Assembly: GCA_951406725.2 (NCBI GenBank)
Contig: OX597819.1
Location: 96,348,001-96,412,000 of the forward strand
Reading direction: 5' to 3'
From: Octopus vulgaris
Lineage: Eukaryota
DNA length: 64,000 bases
A model generated the notes under the pieces. It did not search any database. It was not told the DNA's origin and was given only the letters and a program-made list of their open reading frames with translations. The position numbers and the translations under genes are program-made. This document shows positions 1-13,279 of the stretch, piece by piece; position 1 is the stretch's first letter; every line of letters begins with the position of its first letter.

Positions 1-529
1 TATATTTAACCGGTTTCTCATTATACTTTCAAAAGCGCTGTGGCGCGAATTATATCTATTCTCGCCGTTGTTTTAAAAATAGTTTGTTTTTTAAGTAGGA
101 AAGTAGCTCAGAACGCTGTCTGTTAATGTATAAATTGATTGGTCAACGTTGATGCATTAAGCTGATGTGGAAATCACGTGAGGTCACATAAAAACTTTTT
201 TCCATTGAATATGTCATACAGCAGTTGGAAAAGAGAGATATAAATAAGTGATATAATAATCGTTTGCATAAAATTGTTATTGGTAATTATTGTTTATTAT
301 TCAGTCGAAGAATAATGTTATCAGTTAGTGTTAGTTTACTCCCACTGAACATGTTAAAACATATCACTTTATTAACAAGGTGTGGGATATGTGAGATAAT
401 GAGGTGTGGAGTAAATAAGATAAATGATAGCTGCTACATTTAATTTTAGTCTTCTTAAGAACTAGTCTAAGTAGACAGTCTACAATAATTAATCCATGGG
501 AAAGGCAAATCGTGTATTACTGATGCTTT

Positions 530-1110
530 ATATAACCTGTTCAGCTGTAGCTTGTATTTTTTAATAAACGAACTTTCCTTATTAATTCTTGTTTGGTGTG
601 TGATTATTGTCTGCACATTGATAGTAGGAGGAGAAGATATTTGAGAGATTTGGTTTTCGTGCATATGTCCAGATGTTTACAATGTAGAATTTGTCTAGTT
701 TGGGACTATTTATTTGTTGACAATGGATATTTAATCTCATTTTTAACGTGAGTTTAGTTTGTTCAATGTTGTCTTCCCTGCATCCACTGCATTTGATGGC
801 ATATGCTAAATGTTTTGAAGAAGTTGTCCTGATTTAAATCTGTAAGTTGTGTTCTTAATAAATTTAGCACAAGTTCCACAATTGGATCGTCCACACATTT
901 TAACTGTTGGAGTTGAGTCCGTAGTTGATAATTTCGCGTTGGTAAATAGTTTTTTAGGGACTTTGGTTGTCTTTTGCATTTGACAATTTTGTATGATTTG
1001 GTACTTTTGGTGTGCAGTAACACTTTTGGTACTACACTGCAATAAATTGATACTTTTTTCAAATTTTTTCGCTTTATGTAAAAAAAAAAAATGTTTATAG
1101 CGTATGTAAG
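530..1110 (-). mobile_element. Penelope-like element 3' fragment, degenerate GIY-YIG endonuclease
   Basis: Minus-strand translation across frameshifts gives CGRSNCGTC (linker Cys motif), SSKHLAYAIKCSGCRED-NIEQTKLTLKMRLNIHCQQI (GIY-YIG-like core) and RINKESSFIKKYKLQLN (typical C-terminus). Confidence 0.7.
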
Positions 1111-1353
1111 TGAACAATGTAACAATTAATACATTACGTTACTATTGGACTAACTATTTTATATCAAAATATATTTTGCGACATTTTATAACGAGGCAGT
1201 TTATGGCTAATTGGTATAGAACGTGTTAAATACGTGAATCGTACGTACCATCCAATATCACTGCTAGTCAGTAGCATGTTTTATACATAAGTGACAAGTG
1301 TTTCCTTACTACCCCGTTAAACCTTTATCAATTATGAGTCATTTATAACCCTC

Positions 1354-2665
1354 ATGATGTGCAAGAATACGAAAGATAAAAGCAGTGATGAAACTGATTT
1401 AGGTTTTACTCCGCCAAAGAAAAGAATTAAACAATATAATCATAAATTATCGAACAAACTTTTATTGAATTCTCGATTTTCATCATGGTTAGAACCAAGT
1501 AAAACAAATATCGAAAGAGCATACTGTAAGTTTTGTTGTTGTGAAATTCAAGGTCGTGTAACTCATCTGGAGGGGCACTGAAAAACAGATGAATTTATTA
1601 AAAATGTTAATTCAGAAAATAAAAGTGGAAAACTGACCGACTTTTCTGCCGCCTACAACTTCTGTTCATATTAAAAACATAGCAGCTACGGGAGCTTAAG
1701 CTTTGTTCTTTCATTGGAGAACATAACTTACCAGTAAGACTAATGGATCATTTACCTGGACTAATTCAGAATGCATGTCTTGATTCCAAATTAGCTAAAG
1801 ATATTAAATGTGCAGTAACCAAAGCTACTTAAATATATAAAAAATGTTTTAGATTCTTATTAGTTTGAAAACCTCATTAAACAGTTCAAAGAGTGCAAAT
1901 TTTTATTAATTGTTGATGAAACTACTGATGTAAGTACAAAAACAAAGCAAAAAACAACAACAACAAAAAACAGTAGGTTCTGTTAGTTGGATTTTATGAT
2001 TGCAGCACTCAAAAATTTATTGATAGTTATTTAATTCTTTTGGAAGCCAAGGATTGCTCTGTTAATGGGTTTTTCCCTCTATTGAAAGATGCTTCATCTT
2101 ACATGATATTCCTTTTGAAGATTTGGTAGGATTTGCCTGTGACAATGCTAGTGTAATGATAGGACAGAAGGGAGGTGTGCAGGCATTACTGAAGAACAAA
2201 GTTCCATCTCTCTTAATTCAGGGTCGTGTCTGTCACTCTATGCATATCTGTACATCAAAGGCATATTCAGAATTAACTTCATATTTAGAAGAACTTGCTA
2301 GAAGCATATATTCATTCCTCTCAAATAGCCCAAAGAGACTGCAGGAATATGAAGAATTTCGGGCATTTACTCAAACAAATCCTCATAAATTATTACATGT
2401 AAGTTGTACAAGGTGGCTATCTTTAGAACAAGTTGTCAAAAGAATACTAGAACAGTAGCCTGCTCTAGCGTTATCCTTTACTATTGCTGCTATTGAAGAT
2501 AACAACAATGCAGCTTCAAATGTGCAGAACTCATTAACAAATCCAATCACAGGGATGTATTATGCATTCTTAGCATATATTTTGCCAGATATTATTAAGT
2601 TGAACTTAAATTTCCAATCCGAAAGCTATAGAATGCACAAATCTATTACATGTACTGTTAAGGGA
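1354..2665 (+). pseudogene. Decayed hAT-superfamily transposase (ZNF862-like type)
   Basis: N-terminal zinc-finger-like AYCKFCCCEI..H, LIVDETTD, GFACDNASVMIGQKGGV, CHSMHIC and TRWLSLEQVVKRILEQ; multiple stops and frameshifts; cut at 3' by a SINE fragment. Confidence 0.85.
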
Positions 2666-2669
2666 ATAC

Positions 2670-2780
2670 GTGTGGCAAGCCTGGACTATAGTAGAAGACA
2701 CTTACCTAAGGTTCTATGCAGACAGACTGAACCCTGGACCATGTGGTTGAGGAGCAAGCTTCTTACCACACAGCCACGTT
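2670..2780 (-). mobile_element. 5' fragment of tRNA-derived SINE family A
   Basis: Reverse complement of the head of the SINE at 3420 (ctatagtagaagacactt...cttaccacacagccac). Confidence 0.7.
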
Positions 2781-3419
2781 TGTGCCTATTCCACTTGGAA
2801 TATCTGGCTTTGAAAGCTGTTCTGTCTTGGTGGAGAGGGGTTTGGGAATCTTGTAGTGGATTAATTTTGTCGTCTGTGGATCCTGGAATTGATGTTATTT
2901 CTTGTGATTCTTTGGTGGGTACAATTCTTAATTTCCAATATTTTATTTGGTCGTTTGTGAATTAAAATGGAATGCTTTTATTCTCTTTAGAAATAGATTA
3001 GCATTATTTTCTGTATGAAATTCTTTTTCGTATTTGTTAAACCAGACAGCGTTCCTTTCCCAACGTCGAAGCGATGTCGATTCTTCATTTAAACATTGTT
3101 CTCTCCAGAGTTTAAGTGTTTTCAAACAGAACGCCTTCAGTATTTTTCAAAATTTCCATTTCCATTTGTTCGTCAACACATTTGAATTTTTTTTCATTTG
3201 TGTTGGCTCTAAGACGCAATAGTTGAACTATTTTTAATTTCATCTACAGCCACCCTTTCTCTGAGTTTCTTTGTTGTTCTCGTAAATGGAGTTACACTTG
3301 CCTAAGGTTCCACGCACTTATAATGAGCCCAAAAACATGCAGTTGGGGAACAAACAGCTATGCCTAGACATTTAAAAATCAACAATGCAGATAAAGTTCC
3401 AGAATGTACGTATATATAT

Positions 3420-3838
3420 GGCGCAGGAGTGGCTGTGTGGTAAGTAGCTTGCTAACCAACCACAGGGTTCCGGGTTCAGTCCCACTGCGTGGCATCTTGG
3501 GCAAGTGTCTTCTGCTATAGCCCCGGGCCGACCAATGCCTTGTGAGTGGATTTGTTAGACGGAAACTGAAAGAAGCCTGTCGTATATATGTATATATATA
3601 TGTATATGTGTGTGTGTGTTTGTGTGTCTGTGTTTGTCCCCCTAGCATTGCTTAACAACCGATGCTGGTGTGTTTACGTCCCCGTCACACTAGCGGTTCG
3701 GCAAAAGAGACCGATAGAATAAGCACTGGGCTTACAAAGAATAAGTCCCGGGGTCGATTTGCTCGACTAAAGGCGGTGATGCTCCAGCATGGCCGCAGTC
3801 AAATGACTGAAACAAGTAAAAGAGTAAAAGAGTAAGAG
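3420..3838 (+). mobile_element. Full-length tRNA-derived SINE, family A (young copy)
   Basis: A-box TGGCTGTGTGG, B-box GGTTCAGTCC, internal (TA)n(TG)n, (GAGTAAAA)n tail; many copies in window. Confidence 0.9.
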
Positions 3839-4370
3839 TATATAAAATTAATCTGGCCGAATATGTCCGCAATAAATATCAGCTACAAAACGAATGTGGC
3901 ATGAAAACTTGAATGAATTTGCCCTGAGGTAACCAAATTAACATATTAAAGAAAAAAAGCCATTCTCAAATAACATAAAATATTCTCGGTCGTAAAAGCT
4001 GATGTTTAGTCATCTGTTGGTGTTTACATTACATTTATAACGTAACCTGAGTTGTTATGGTAGTTTCCATTGTCTCACATTAAATGTTGTTCTGCATAAA
4101 AAAAGCTGTTACGTCTCGCGTAGATATAATATTTGGTGGTTGTAAATAAAACGGTAAAATTTATCAATTCCTTGTACTTTCTACTACAGGAACAATGTTT
4201 TAAATTTTGAGAGACGGGGATAGTCTCATCTAGTACTTATTTTATCAGCCCCTAAAAGACGAAAAGCAAAATTGATCTCGGCAGTATGCCAAGTCAGAGA
4301 AAATAAGGCTAGAAGAAATGCGACTAAGCAATCTGTTTTACTTATCAACGATTTGACCAGCTCGCCGTCC

Positions 4371-4530
4371 TATATTCATTCCTCTCACATAGCCCAAAGA
4401 GACTGCAGGAGTATGAAGAATTTCGGGCATTTACTCAAACAAATCCTCATAAATTATTACATGTAAGTTGTACAAGGTGGCTATCTTTAGAACAAGTTGT
4501 CAAAAGAATACTAGAACAGTAGCCTGCTCT
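4371..4530 (+). repeat. 160-bp dispersed duplicate of hAT pseudogene segment 2307-2466
   Basis: Direct comparison shows 2 mismatches in 160 bp, including the same premature TAG. Confidence 0.95.
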
Positions 4531-4804
4531 TTTACTAATGAGACAAAGCAGAAATAGTGGGGGCTACAAGATATTTGAACGTAGCACCATATCACTATCA
4601 CCAATTTTCAACAAATCTTTTGTGAACAAACCTGCAATTGATAGAAGACAACGTTTTTTTTGCTTTTGTAAGGTGTTCACATATTTTCCATACTTACGTT
4701 TTGTTTAATATGTTCCAAAAAGTTCGCTTCACTCCAGAGGTCAAAGGCGCCCTTGTTACGAACGTATTCGGCAAAATCGCAAAACCATTTACCGTTTATC
4801 GTTC

Positions 4805-5035
4805 ACTTGTTCCAGTCATTGGACTGCGCTCATGCTGGGTCATTACCTTGAAGAGTTTAGTCTAGTCGAACCAATCGACCCCAGTACTTATTTTTAACCC
4901 CGATACTTATTCTATCTTTTCCTGAGCTGCAAGATCACGGAGCCGTAAACAAACCAACACCGGTTGTCAAGAGGTGCATAAAGACACACACACACATAGG
5001 TACAAATGCGTGTGTGAGTGTGTATGCACGCGCGC

Positions 5036-5079
<44 letters not shown>

Positions 5080-5235
5080 ATACGAAGTGTTTCTTTCAGT
5101 TTCCTTCTATCATATCCACTCACAAGGCTTTAGTCAGCCGGGGGCTATAGTAGAAGACACTTATCTAATGCCCCACGCAATGGGACTGAACCCAAAACCA
5201 TATGATTGGGAAACAAACTTTTTACCACACAGCTA
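4805..5235 (-). mobile_element. SINE family A, diverged copy
   Basis: Reverse-complement similarity to 3420-3838. Confidence 0.75.
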
Positions 5236-5240
5236 CATCT

Positions 5241-5345
5241 ATCCATCCATTCATCCATCCATCCATCCATCCATCCACCCATCCACCCATCCACCCATCC
5301 ATCCATCCATCCATCCATCCATCCATCCATCCATCCATCCATCCA
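5241..5345. repeat. (ATCC)n microsatellite
   Basis: Direct reading. Confidence 0.95.
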
Positions 5346-5390
5346 TATATACTTATATACATACATAAAAAGAAATATATTGTGTATATG

Positions 5391-5446
<56 letters not shown>

Positions 5447-7522
5447 TGAGTGAGTGAGTGAATGAGTGTGTGAGTGTGTGAATGTGTGTGTATGTGTGTG
5501 TGTGTATTCTTCGCCGTTATATACCGACGACGGGATATAACCATCGCAGAGAAAATAAAAATTCCCGTGTTTTATTTAACAGAGTCTCTTGAGTTATATG
5601 TTCTGGATCGGGGAATAGAGACATTTCATTTCCTTGTCAATATCACCATTATAAACACAGTGATCACAGTGATCTAATATTTAGTCCGTGGGAACCCGGT
5701 AACCAGTAAATAAATAAATAAATAGATGAATAAATAGGACCGAAATCAATGACCACTAATGGTTAGTTATTAGATAGATTTTATTACGTGTCTGTTATCC
5801 AGTCAATCCTCAATATGTCCTTCTTTCTTTATGTAATTATTTCTAGTTTAGTTTTTTTTCTTTTTTAATCCTCCTTACATTCATTATGTTAACTCTATCT
5901 TAACTCTCCGCAATGCGGCTTGCTTTTAGTTATGATCAAACAGACACTGATTTCTAGCAGTGTCACTTGTGTGTAATTTCATGACTATGTTTCAATTGAT
6001 AGAGACAGTATAATGTTGATGTTTATACTCAGCTATATTTCTAAAGAGAATTGTTTAGGATACACTCTTTAAAGTATCGCAGTTAATAGGATATAGTCTA
6101 CTGCTTTCACCTTGCTTGGTTCTTTGAGTTCTGTGTAAAATGAAGAGCTGGTAATGAGGTTTATTTCTTTCAGTCAGTTACATAAATAACCTCGAGTTGT
6201 GCAATAATGTGGGTGCATGTCAGACGGATGAGATAAGCGTAAAGTCTTTAATCAGTTGAAGTATGAAGAAAAAGAAAAAGAGGTGCGTGAAGCTATTGAG
6301 CGCCAGAAGAACAATAGACAGACTTATAATGAGCAGTTGAGTGACCGTGTGTTAGTAGGTGGGTGGGTGGGATTAATTGTAGGCCTGGGGAGAATAAGAG
6401 GTATCTAACTCTAAACATATTCTTCTTTTGATGTTTGTTTTATATCCATGACTGGCTGGGCATGGAAATCGTAAAACGCTTGACTGAACTGGATAAGAGA
6501 GGGAGAAAGGGAAAAAAGTAAAGACAGAGAGAGAAGGTTGAAGAAACGTAAAGAAAGATAGAGGGAGGGAGTAAAGGAAATGGAAAGAGAGAGAGAGACA
6601 TGGAGAGTTTGGACAGAGTAGAAAGGATGTGGGGGTATGAGAAGAAAACAATTGAATGAAAGTTCGTTAACAACAAAGAACTGAATGACATTCGAAGCGT
6701 GAAGTCAGATAAAAACTAAAAGCCGACGACCAGCAGTAAAAATGGAGTCATTTTATTCAGAATTTCAAAAGAATTATTGAGGCTAAAGTTGAATAAATAG
6801 CTTGATAATGTTCATTATCCTTAATCGCAGTGACTCGATCTGTTTGGAGGTGAGCTGACGGGCCACAGTAAGATAAGAAACCTTTTTAAATGACTACATA
6901 GCAGTGTTGTTTTATGTGAACACAATAAAAGACCCTCCTCTTGCATCCACTTCATTAATCAACAGGTTATTCAGAATTCAATTATTTTCTTTTGCAAGCA
7001 TTAAAAAAGAAAAAAAGAAAGACTTTTACTTCCTCACTCACTGTATTTATTGCTTTTTTTGAAAGCCTTACTGTTATCGTCGCCCCCAGGGGGGAAAAAA
7101 AAAAAAAAACTCAAGAAAAGAACCGCTGTCGTTTTTCAAGGTTTTCATATAATGTTTTTTTTTCTATTTTATTATTTTTTTCTCGATAACACCTCACACA
7201 AATATTTGTTATCTCTGTGGCATGGGCCAGGAATATATATTTCTAGATTACAGTTTCAATGTCATCCTACTTCATAAAACACGATATCTCTGAATGTAAC
7301 CTGATTGCTAATAGAAAATACACAAAGCAACGAGAGAGCTATTAACATGTGACTCGTCTTGCTAGAAATAACAGTGAAATCCATCTCAAATCACACCTTG
7401 TTATTTTAAGAGAAAAAATACGTTAGATAATGTAGTCCTAAATAGCCATAAAAAGATGGGGGTAATTCGAAGTGGGATATCATTGATAGTGAGGATTGAT
7501 GCGGGGTTAAACAACAACAGCA

Positions 7523-7921
7523 GGAGGCGCAATGGCCCAGTGGTTAGGGCACCGGACTCGCGGTCCGAGGATCGCGGTTTCGATTCCCAGACTGGGCGTT
7601 GTGTGTGTTTATTGAGCGAAAAACACCTAAAGCTCCACGAGGCTCTGGCAGCGGGTGGTGGCGACCCCTGTTGTACTCTTTCGCTCCAACTTTCTCTCAC
7701 TCTTTCTTCCTGTTTCCTGTCCCCGACTTCCTACGCAACCGCTGAGCCTGGATGCGCATTCATTCATCCGTCGATGCTCTCAGTGTCGGGGGTTGACCTG
7801 CTTCCTCTCCTGCAGGTCTTACGAATAGCAAACGGACCAACGTTTCGGACTTCTCCCACTACAGAGGCGCGATCTTGCGAGCTCTGGGACGAAGGCCGCT
7901 TCGCTCAACAAACAAACAAAC
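7523..7921 (+). mobile_element. tRNA(Arg)-like SINE (OR-type octopus SINE) with 14-bp TSD
   Basis: Head GGAGGCGCAATGGCCCAGTGGTTAGGGCACCGGACTCGCGGTCCG, B-box GTTTCGATTCC, (CAAA)n tail, TSD aaacaacaacagca at 7509-7522 and 7922-7935. Confidence 0.85.
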
Positions 7922-8793
7922 AAACAACAACAGCAATAACAACAATAACCATCGCCGCCGCCAGCACCAGCACCAACACCAGGACCACTAGCACCACCAT
8001 TATCATCACCATTACCAGCTACTGCATCAGCACCAGCACCACCAGCATCACCACCACCAGCAACATCACCAACACTACGACCTCCACCACGACCACGGCG
8101 ACGATCACCACCACCACCACCACCACCACGATGACGACGACGACGACCACCACCACCACCAGCAGTCACTACTACCACCACACATGCTAACTATGTATGG
8201 GTAAAAGCTTTTAATTTAACAGCCATGTATAGGAAACAACGAGGAAGGTATTACGTTGGTGCAGTGCCGGCAAGAAATAGCAGTGAAATCTCATTGAAAT
8301 CAAACCATACCGTTTTAGAAAAGACAGAATAATCAATATAAGAGATATTCAGTTAAAGGTTTATTACTAACAGTCTGGCTCTTAACCTTTGTAAACTCAA
8401 ACTTTTTAAACTTTCTACTAACAAGCACAACTTTAGAGAACCTTCTATCAATTGTTCTTACCTGTGTACCATACCTGGCTAGAGAGAGAGAGAGAGGGGG
8501 GGGGAAGAACTGCACTGCACCGTAGCACCCTTGGCTACAACAAAAAAACTATATAATACGGCTGAACATTTCTTATGCTCAATTCTTGCTTCAAATTGTG
8601 GTGGTGATATCCATAGCCAGAATATTCTTTAGAGCTATTAAGGAAACAGTTTCGCTACAACATCGGACTACAAAATCTTTAACAAGATCTCTGTTAAGCC
8701 CTTATACTCTACTACATCATAATTTAGTTCAGAAACTCGCCTCTTCTAACCGTAGAAATATCCAACCTCATCTTACTAATAATAATTTTAATA

Positions 8794-9393
8794 GGCGTAG
8801 GAGTGGCTGTGTGGTAAGTAGCTTGCTTACCAACCACATGGTTCCGGGTTCAGTCCCACTGCGTGGTACTTTGGGTAAGTGTCGTCTACTATAGCCTCGG
8901 ACCGACCAAAGCTTTGAGAATGGATTTTTTAGACGGAAACTGAAAGAAGTCCGTCGTATATATGTATATGTATATATATATGTGTATGTATATATGTTTG
9001 TGTGTCTGTGTTTGTCTCCCCAACATAGCTTGACAACCGATGGTGGCGTGTTTACGTCCCCGTAACTTAGTAGTTCGGCAAAAGAGACCGATAGAATAAG
9101 CACTAGGCTTACAAAGAATAAATTCTGGGGTAATAGTCTTTGACAATATCTTGTTGTGGTGGCCTTTGACGGTGTTCTGTTCTGCCAGTCCTTGACAGTG
9201 TGCTACTGTGTTGGTCTTTAACGATATCCTGTTGTCGTGGTGTTTGTCGGTATTTTGCTGTGGTGATTATTGACAGTGTCCTGTTGTGTTGTCTCTGAAA
9301 GAACAAGTCCTGGGGTCGATTTGCTCGACTGAAGGTGGTGCTGCAGCATGGCCGCAGTTACATGAGTGAAACAAGTAAAAGAATAAAAGAGTA
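8794..9393 (+). mobile_element. SINE family A interrupted by a 26-bp tandem array
   Basis: Matches 3420-3838 on both sides of the insert at ~9131-9298. Confidence 0.9.
9137..9292. repeat. 26-bp minisatellite, 6 diverged units (consensus ~tctttgacagtgtcctgttgtggtgg)
   Basis: Exact 26-bp periodicity; same unit at 51124-51395. Confidence 0.85.
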
Positions 9394-9399
9394 ACCCAA

Positions 9400-9900
9400 T
9401 TGTAAGTGTCCTTATTCGATAGACATACCCATTAATTCAAAATGTTTAGATAAGGATATGGTATACCAAATGTAACCACCCTAACACTAGCAAATGCTAT
9501 AAAGCTTTCGCTACTAATCTCACCTCTACGAACGTATCACCCATCTTGAACCGTCGTGGACATAACGACACCTCATTATCAAAATACATTTAGAAACTTT
9601 AAAATGTGAATACTAACTATAGATTCAGTTGGAAAATAATAGTCCAGACCACATCCTACCTACCCCAGAAACTAAAGATTCTGCAATTTACCGCATCCTC
9701 CTGTCCAAGTACACCTTTTTAAAGGCGAACCTACATTACCTGTTGGGGCAATGCTAAAAATACTGTTTCAGTCATTCTTAGAGTTCAGTAGTATCTTTCT
9801 CTTACATACAAATAATAGGACTCGCGTTGTAAATACTCTACTCAACAGACGAAACACTTAACATCAGAAACAACTATGCACGTCCCAAGAATACAAAACT
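9400..9900 (+). mobile_element. Penelope-like GIY-YIG C-terminal remnant
   Basis: HNDTSLSKYI*KL*NVNTNYRFSWKIIVQTTSY resembles the T-LSKYIW-LK...W-II motif of PLE endonucleases. Confidence 0.55.
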
Positions 9901-10099
9901 GATAGTTTAGAAAAACAATTCTACATTATCAAAGAGCAAGGCTGCACACATCAGGAATACGGAGGAACACATTGTCGTAGAGTTGTCACTCGTATGAAAA
10001 TATTGAAAATACGAAGATAATAATAATCTTTTTACTATAGCACAGGGACTGAAATTCATACAATCTCCCCCATAAAAACAATTGGCGGGAATACAAGCC

Positions 10100-10441
10100 A
10101 CCCAAAGTTACCCAAAATGCCAAGGTTACCATCCTTTGGAATTTCAGTGTTCAGACTGATAGGGAAATGCATGCAAACCGACCTGAATTCATTGTAAGGA
10201 AACCATAATAGAACAAACCTGTCTTCTGATTGATGTTGCAACCCCAGCTGACAAAAACACATCTCTGAAAACATTTGACCTAGAAATCTTAAACATTCTC
10301 TAGAACAACACTATGTACAAAACCAAATATATGGCACCCTAGGCATAAAACCAACATGAACTTCTAACTTGTTGTCTCTTGAGGTCTCTGGGTGAGACTT
10401 GGAGCCAACTTGTACAAACACAAAGCAAAAGTCAACCATAT
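10100..10441 (+). mobile_element. R4/Dong-type LINE 3' fragment (RLE domain) with (AAC)n/(AAT)n tail
   Basis: KVTILWNFSVQTDREMHANRPE resembles ILWD..IQTDR...ANRPD of restriction-like endonuclease LINEs. Confidence 0.7.
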
Positions 10442-11568
10442 AACAACAACGACGACAACAACAACAACAACAACAACAACAATAATAATAATAATAATGA
10501 TAATAATAATAAGAATGATGATGATGATGATCATGACGACAACTACGCTGACGACGACGATGACGCTGATGATGGCGATGATAATGGTGATGATGATTTC
10601 AAAGTTTGGCAGAAAGCCTTCAATGTTACTGTGTGGGGGCTAATCGATTAGATTGATTCTAATACTTGACTAGCAATTTAACTGATCCTGAAAAGATGAA
10701 AAGCAAAGTTGGTACCTGCGGGATTTGAACTCAGAGAAAAGTTGAAAGAAATACTGTTGGATTGTATACTATGAAAGTAATTTATAAAATATATGTTTCC
10801 ATTGATGGTGAGAGTCTCAAAGCAAGACGTCAGCAATTAAACGATTTTTATTCTTGGTTGTCACAATTTTCTTTATTACCTACGTCACCTTAGAAATGCT
10901 TGAACTTCACAACTTCTCTCTTATCTTTCCTGCTAAAATGAAATAGATAAAATTCCATTTTAATGGCCGAACGAGAGGTGGTGGTGGTAGAGGGGTGGAG
11001 GGTAGCTGGCTGGCAGAGGTCATGACCTTGGAGTTATGTGGTGTAGGGGAAGAAGGTGAAGGAGATCTTCACAGTGGGAAACCTTGCATCAAGTATAAAG
11101 TTATTCCCGAAGCGGTGACCTGGTCTGAAGAAGGGGACTCTAGAAAATGAAGCCATCGACTAACTCGCCGTATTAAAACGGGTCACAGATTAGATCTATC
11201 TTGAAAAGAGAGGAACACATTCCATAATGTAGCCTAGATACGCACTGACAAAAGAATAGACTGTTATGTCTGGAATGCATTTGGTCACAGGTTTGCTCAA
11301 TCAGGGATGAACTGGATCTAAAAAAAAAAACAACAAAGCTTCAGTTGCGAATTAATTTTCATTTTTCTACTTTAATGTTCGAATTCTTTCGACTCAGTAT
11401 AAAGACGAACTTCTATGCGTTGTCAATAGAACCATCTCTGGTATTCGATTATAAAGGAAGGAATAAGCAACAGCACTGCCTTTTACTTATCACCTGTATA
11501 AACTGAACAAGAAGCTGCAGTTAACAACAACGACGACGACGATGATGATGATGATGGGGTGGTGGTAG

Positions 11569-11702
<134 letters not shown>

Positions 11703-12359
11703 ACTATGAAAAGAATTTCTGTTTTATTGTTTTGTTTTCAAGAAAAATTCTTGTTCCATTCTATCCACAAAAATGAGAAGAATTCCAAGTAATTTGGCAG
11801 TCTTTGGAATAAGCAAAAACTTTTTGCAATAGTAATAAAGTAAGATTGAATCTAAAATGCTAAAATGGTGCTGTTTCCAGGAATAGACTTTAGTGGGGAA
11901 TAAAACGTTTCCTGAGGAAAGCCGAAAGTCTGATTAGAGAATTAATTTTTTATGTGATGGGATTCTGGGAAATATACCCCCGTGGGAAATTATTTCATAT
12001 AACTCACTTCAAGACAAGCGAGCGAGATTTGGACATAAATTGCTACGAAACTTTACAAAGCTTCCGGGTAAAATCTCTGGTTTTGATAACTCGGTGCGGC
12101 CAACATTACAAAATGAATAATAAACAATTCTTAGCAAATTGGAAGTAATATTACTCAATATTTTATTGGAACAGTCAGACGATCAAAACTACTCGGAACA
12201 TTCTAAAACATGTCAACAAAAATTATCTCAACTAAATCCCTTCGGTATTCAGTTCCTCAAACTTTCCGAGTTTACAATCCTTTGTGATGAATAAGTGGGT
12301 CTCTTGCGTAGAGTATATATATTATGGGTTCGTGGTATTGTAATGGGAGGGTATTGAAT

Positions 12360-12625
12360 TAGTGTATGTGTTGTGATAATTGTGTTACTGAGTACCTTGG
12401 ACAGAATATGTGATGCTAAGATTGTGTTACTGAGTAGCTTATGAAAACTATATGTTGCTGGGGTCATGCTATTGTGATGGAAGAGTCTTCAGTTAGACTA
12501 TGTGTTGAAAAAGTTGTGTTATTGAGGGTCTTGAGCTGAGCATGTTCTACTACGGTTGTGTTACTGAAGATCTTAAGTGGAATATACGTTGTTAGGAATT
12601 GTGCTAGTGTAAAAGGATGGTATTG
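12360..12625. repeat. Degenerate ~42-bp tandem repeat
   Basis: Motif ttgtgttactgag recurs at about 12380, 12422, 12514, 12556 and 12599. Confidence 0.6.
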
Positions 12626-12633
12626 AGTTAGAG

Positions 12634-12895
12634 CAGTGATTCCCAAAGGGAGCGTTAGAAAAGTCCAGGGGGCGTTGAACAAAAGTGAGATGATAATGGG
12701 GTGGCCAAAAGTGGCGATGGGGTAAAAAAGAAAAGTCCCAAAATAATGGGTTAATTAAGTCAAGTTTTATTTATGAAATACAGTCGTTTTGAATTTACTG
12801 CAGAAAGTGGTCTATGCTTATGAAGGGGTGGGGGAAGTAGGAATGTGGCCCGGGTGCCAAGGTGGCGGCAGCCTGAAAAAGTTTGGGAACCAATG
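12634..12895. mobile_element. hAT (Charlie/Buster-type) MITE with perfect 8-bp TSD
   Basis: TIRs CAGTGATTCCCAAA / TTTGGGAACCAATG; TSD AGTTAGAG at 12626-12633 and 12896-12903. Confidence 0.9.
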
Positions 12896-13279
12896 AGTTA
12901 GAGAATGAGCTGTGTTGGTTGGTTGGATAATTAGAATAAGAGGGTTTAAGTAGAATATTGTTGTGATGATGATTTTCTCAAGTTAGGAGAACCTTGGTTC
13001 AATATACACTGCGCACAATTGATCTATTCTATTGAGATGAACTTATGTAAATTATGTGTTTAATCTTGTTTTATTCTATTTAGTGAACATCGGTATGGAT
13101 TTTACATCACCTCACTATTTTTTTTAAGAAATCCAATGAACCAGTTACGATTTAAACAAGTTGTTCCATCATCTAATATATTTCCATTTTAAGGCATCTC
13201 TACCCTGATGATTTTTTAAAACTCTTGGGAGAATATTTGTACAACAGGAGTCGCGATACCCACTAGATTCTACAAAATA

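Noticed and set aside
5-40. Minus-strand GAAACCGGTT hammerhead half (also ~47655)
   Set aside because: No intact CUGANGA or stem II found.
2780-3290. Minus-strand coding-like remnant, maybe a Penelope N-terminus
   Set aside because: No diagnostic motif; family cannot be supported.
7523-7596. tRNA-like sequence (also 3420, 22529)
   Set aside because: SINE heads with body, tail and TSD; not functional tRNA genes.
7456-8190. 244-aa ORF
   Set aside because: Read-through of a SINE plus (ACC)n-type low-complexity sequence; not a gene.
9137-9292. CRISPR-like periodicity
   Set aside because: Contiguous diverged units with no unique spacers, no cas genes, eukaryotic context.
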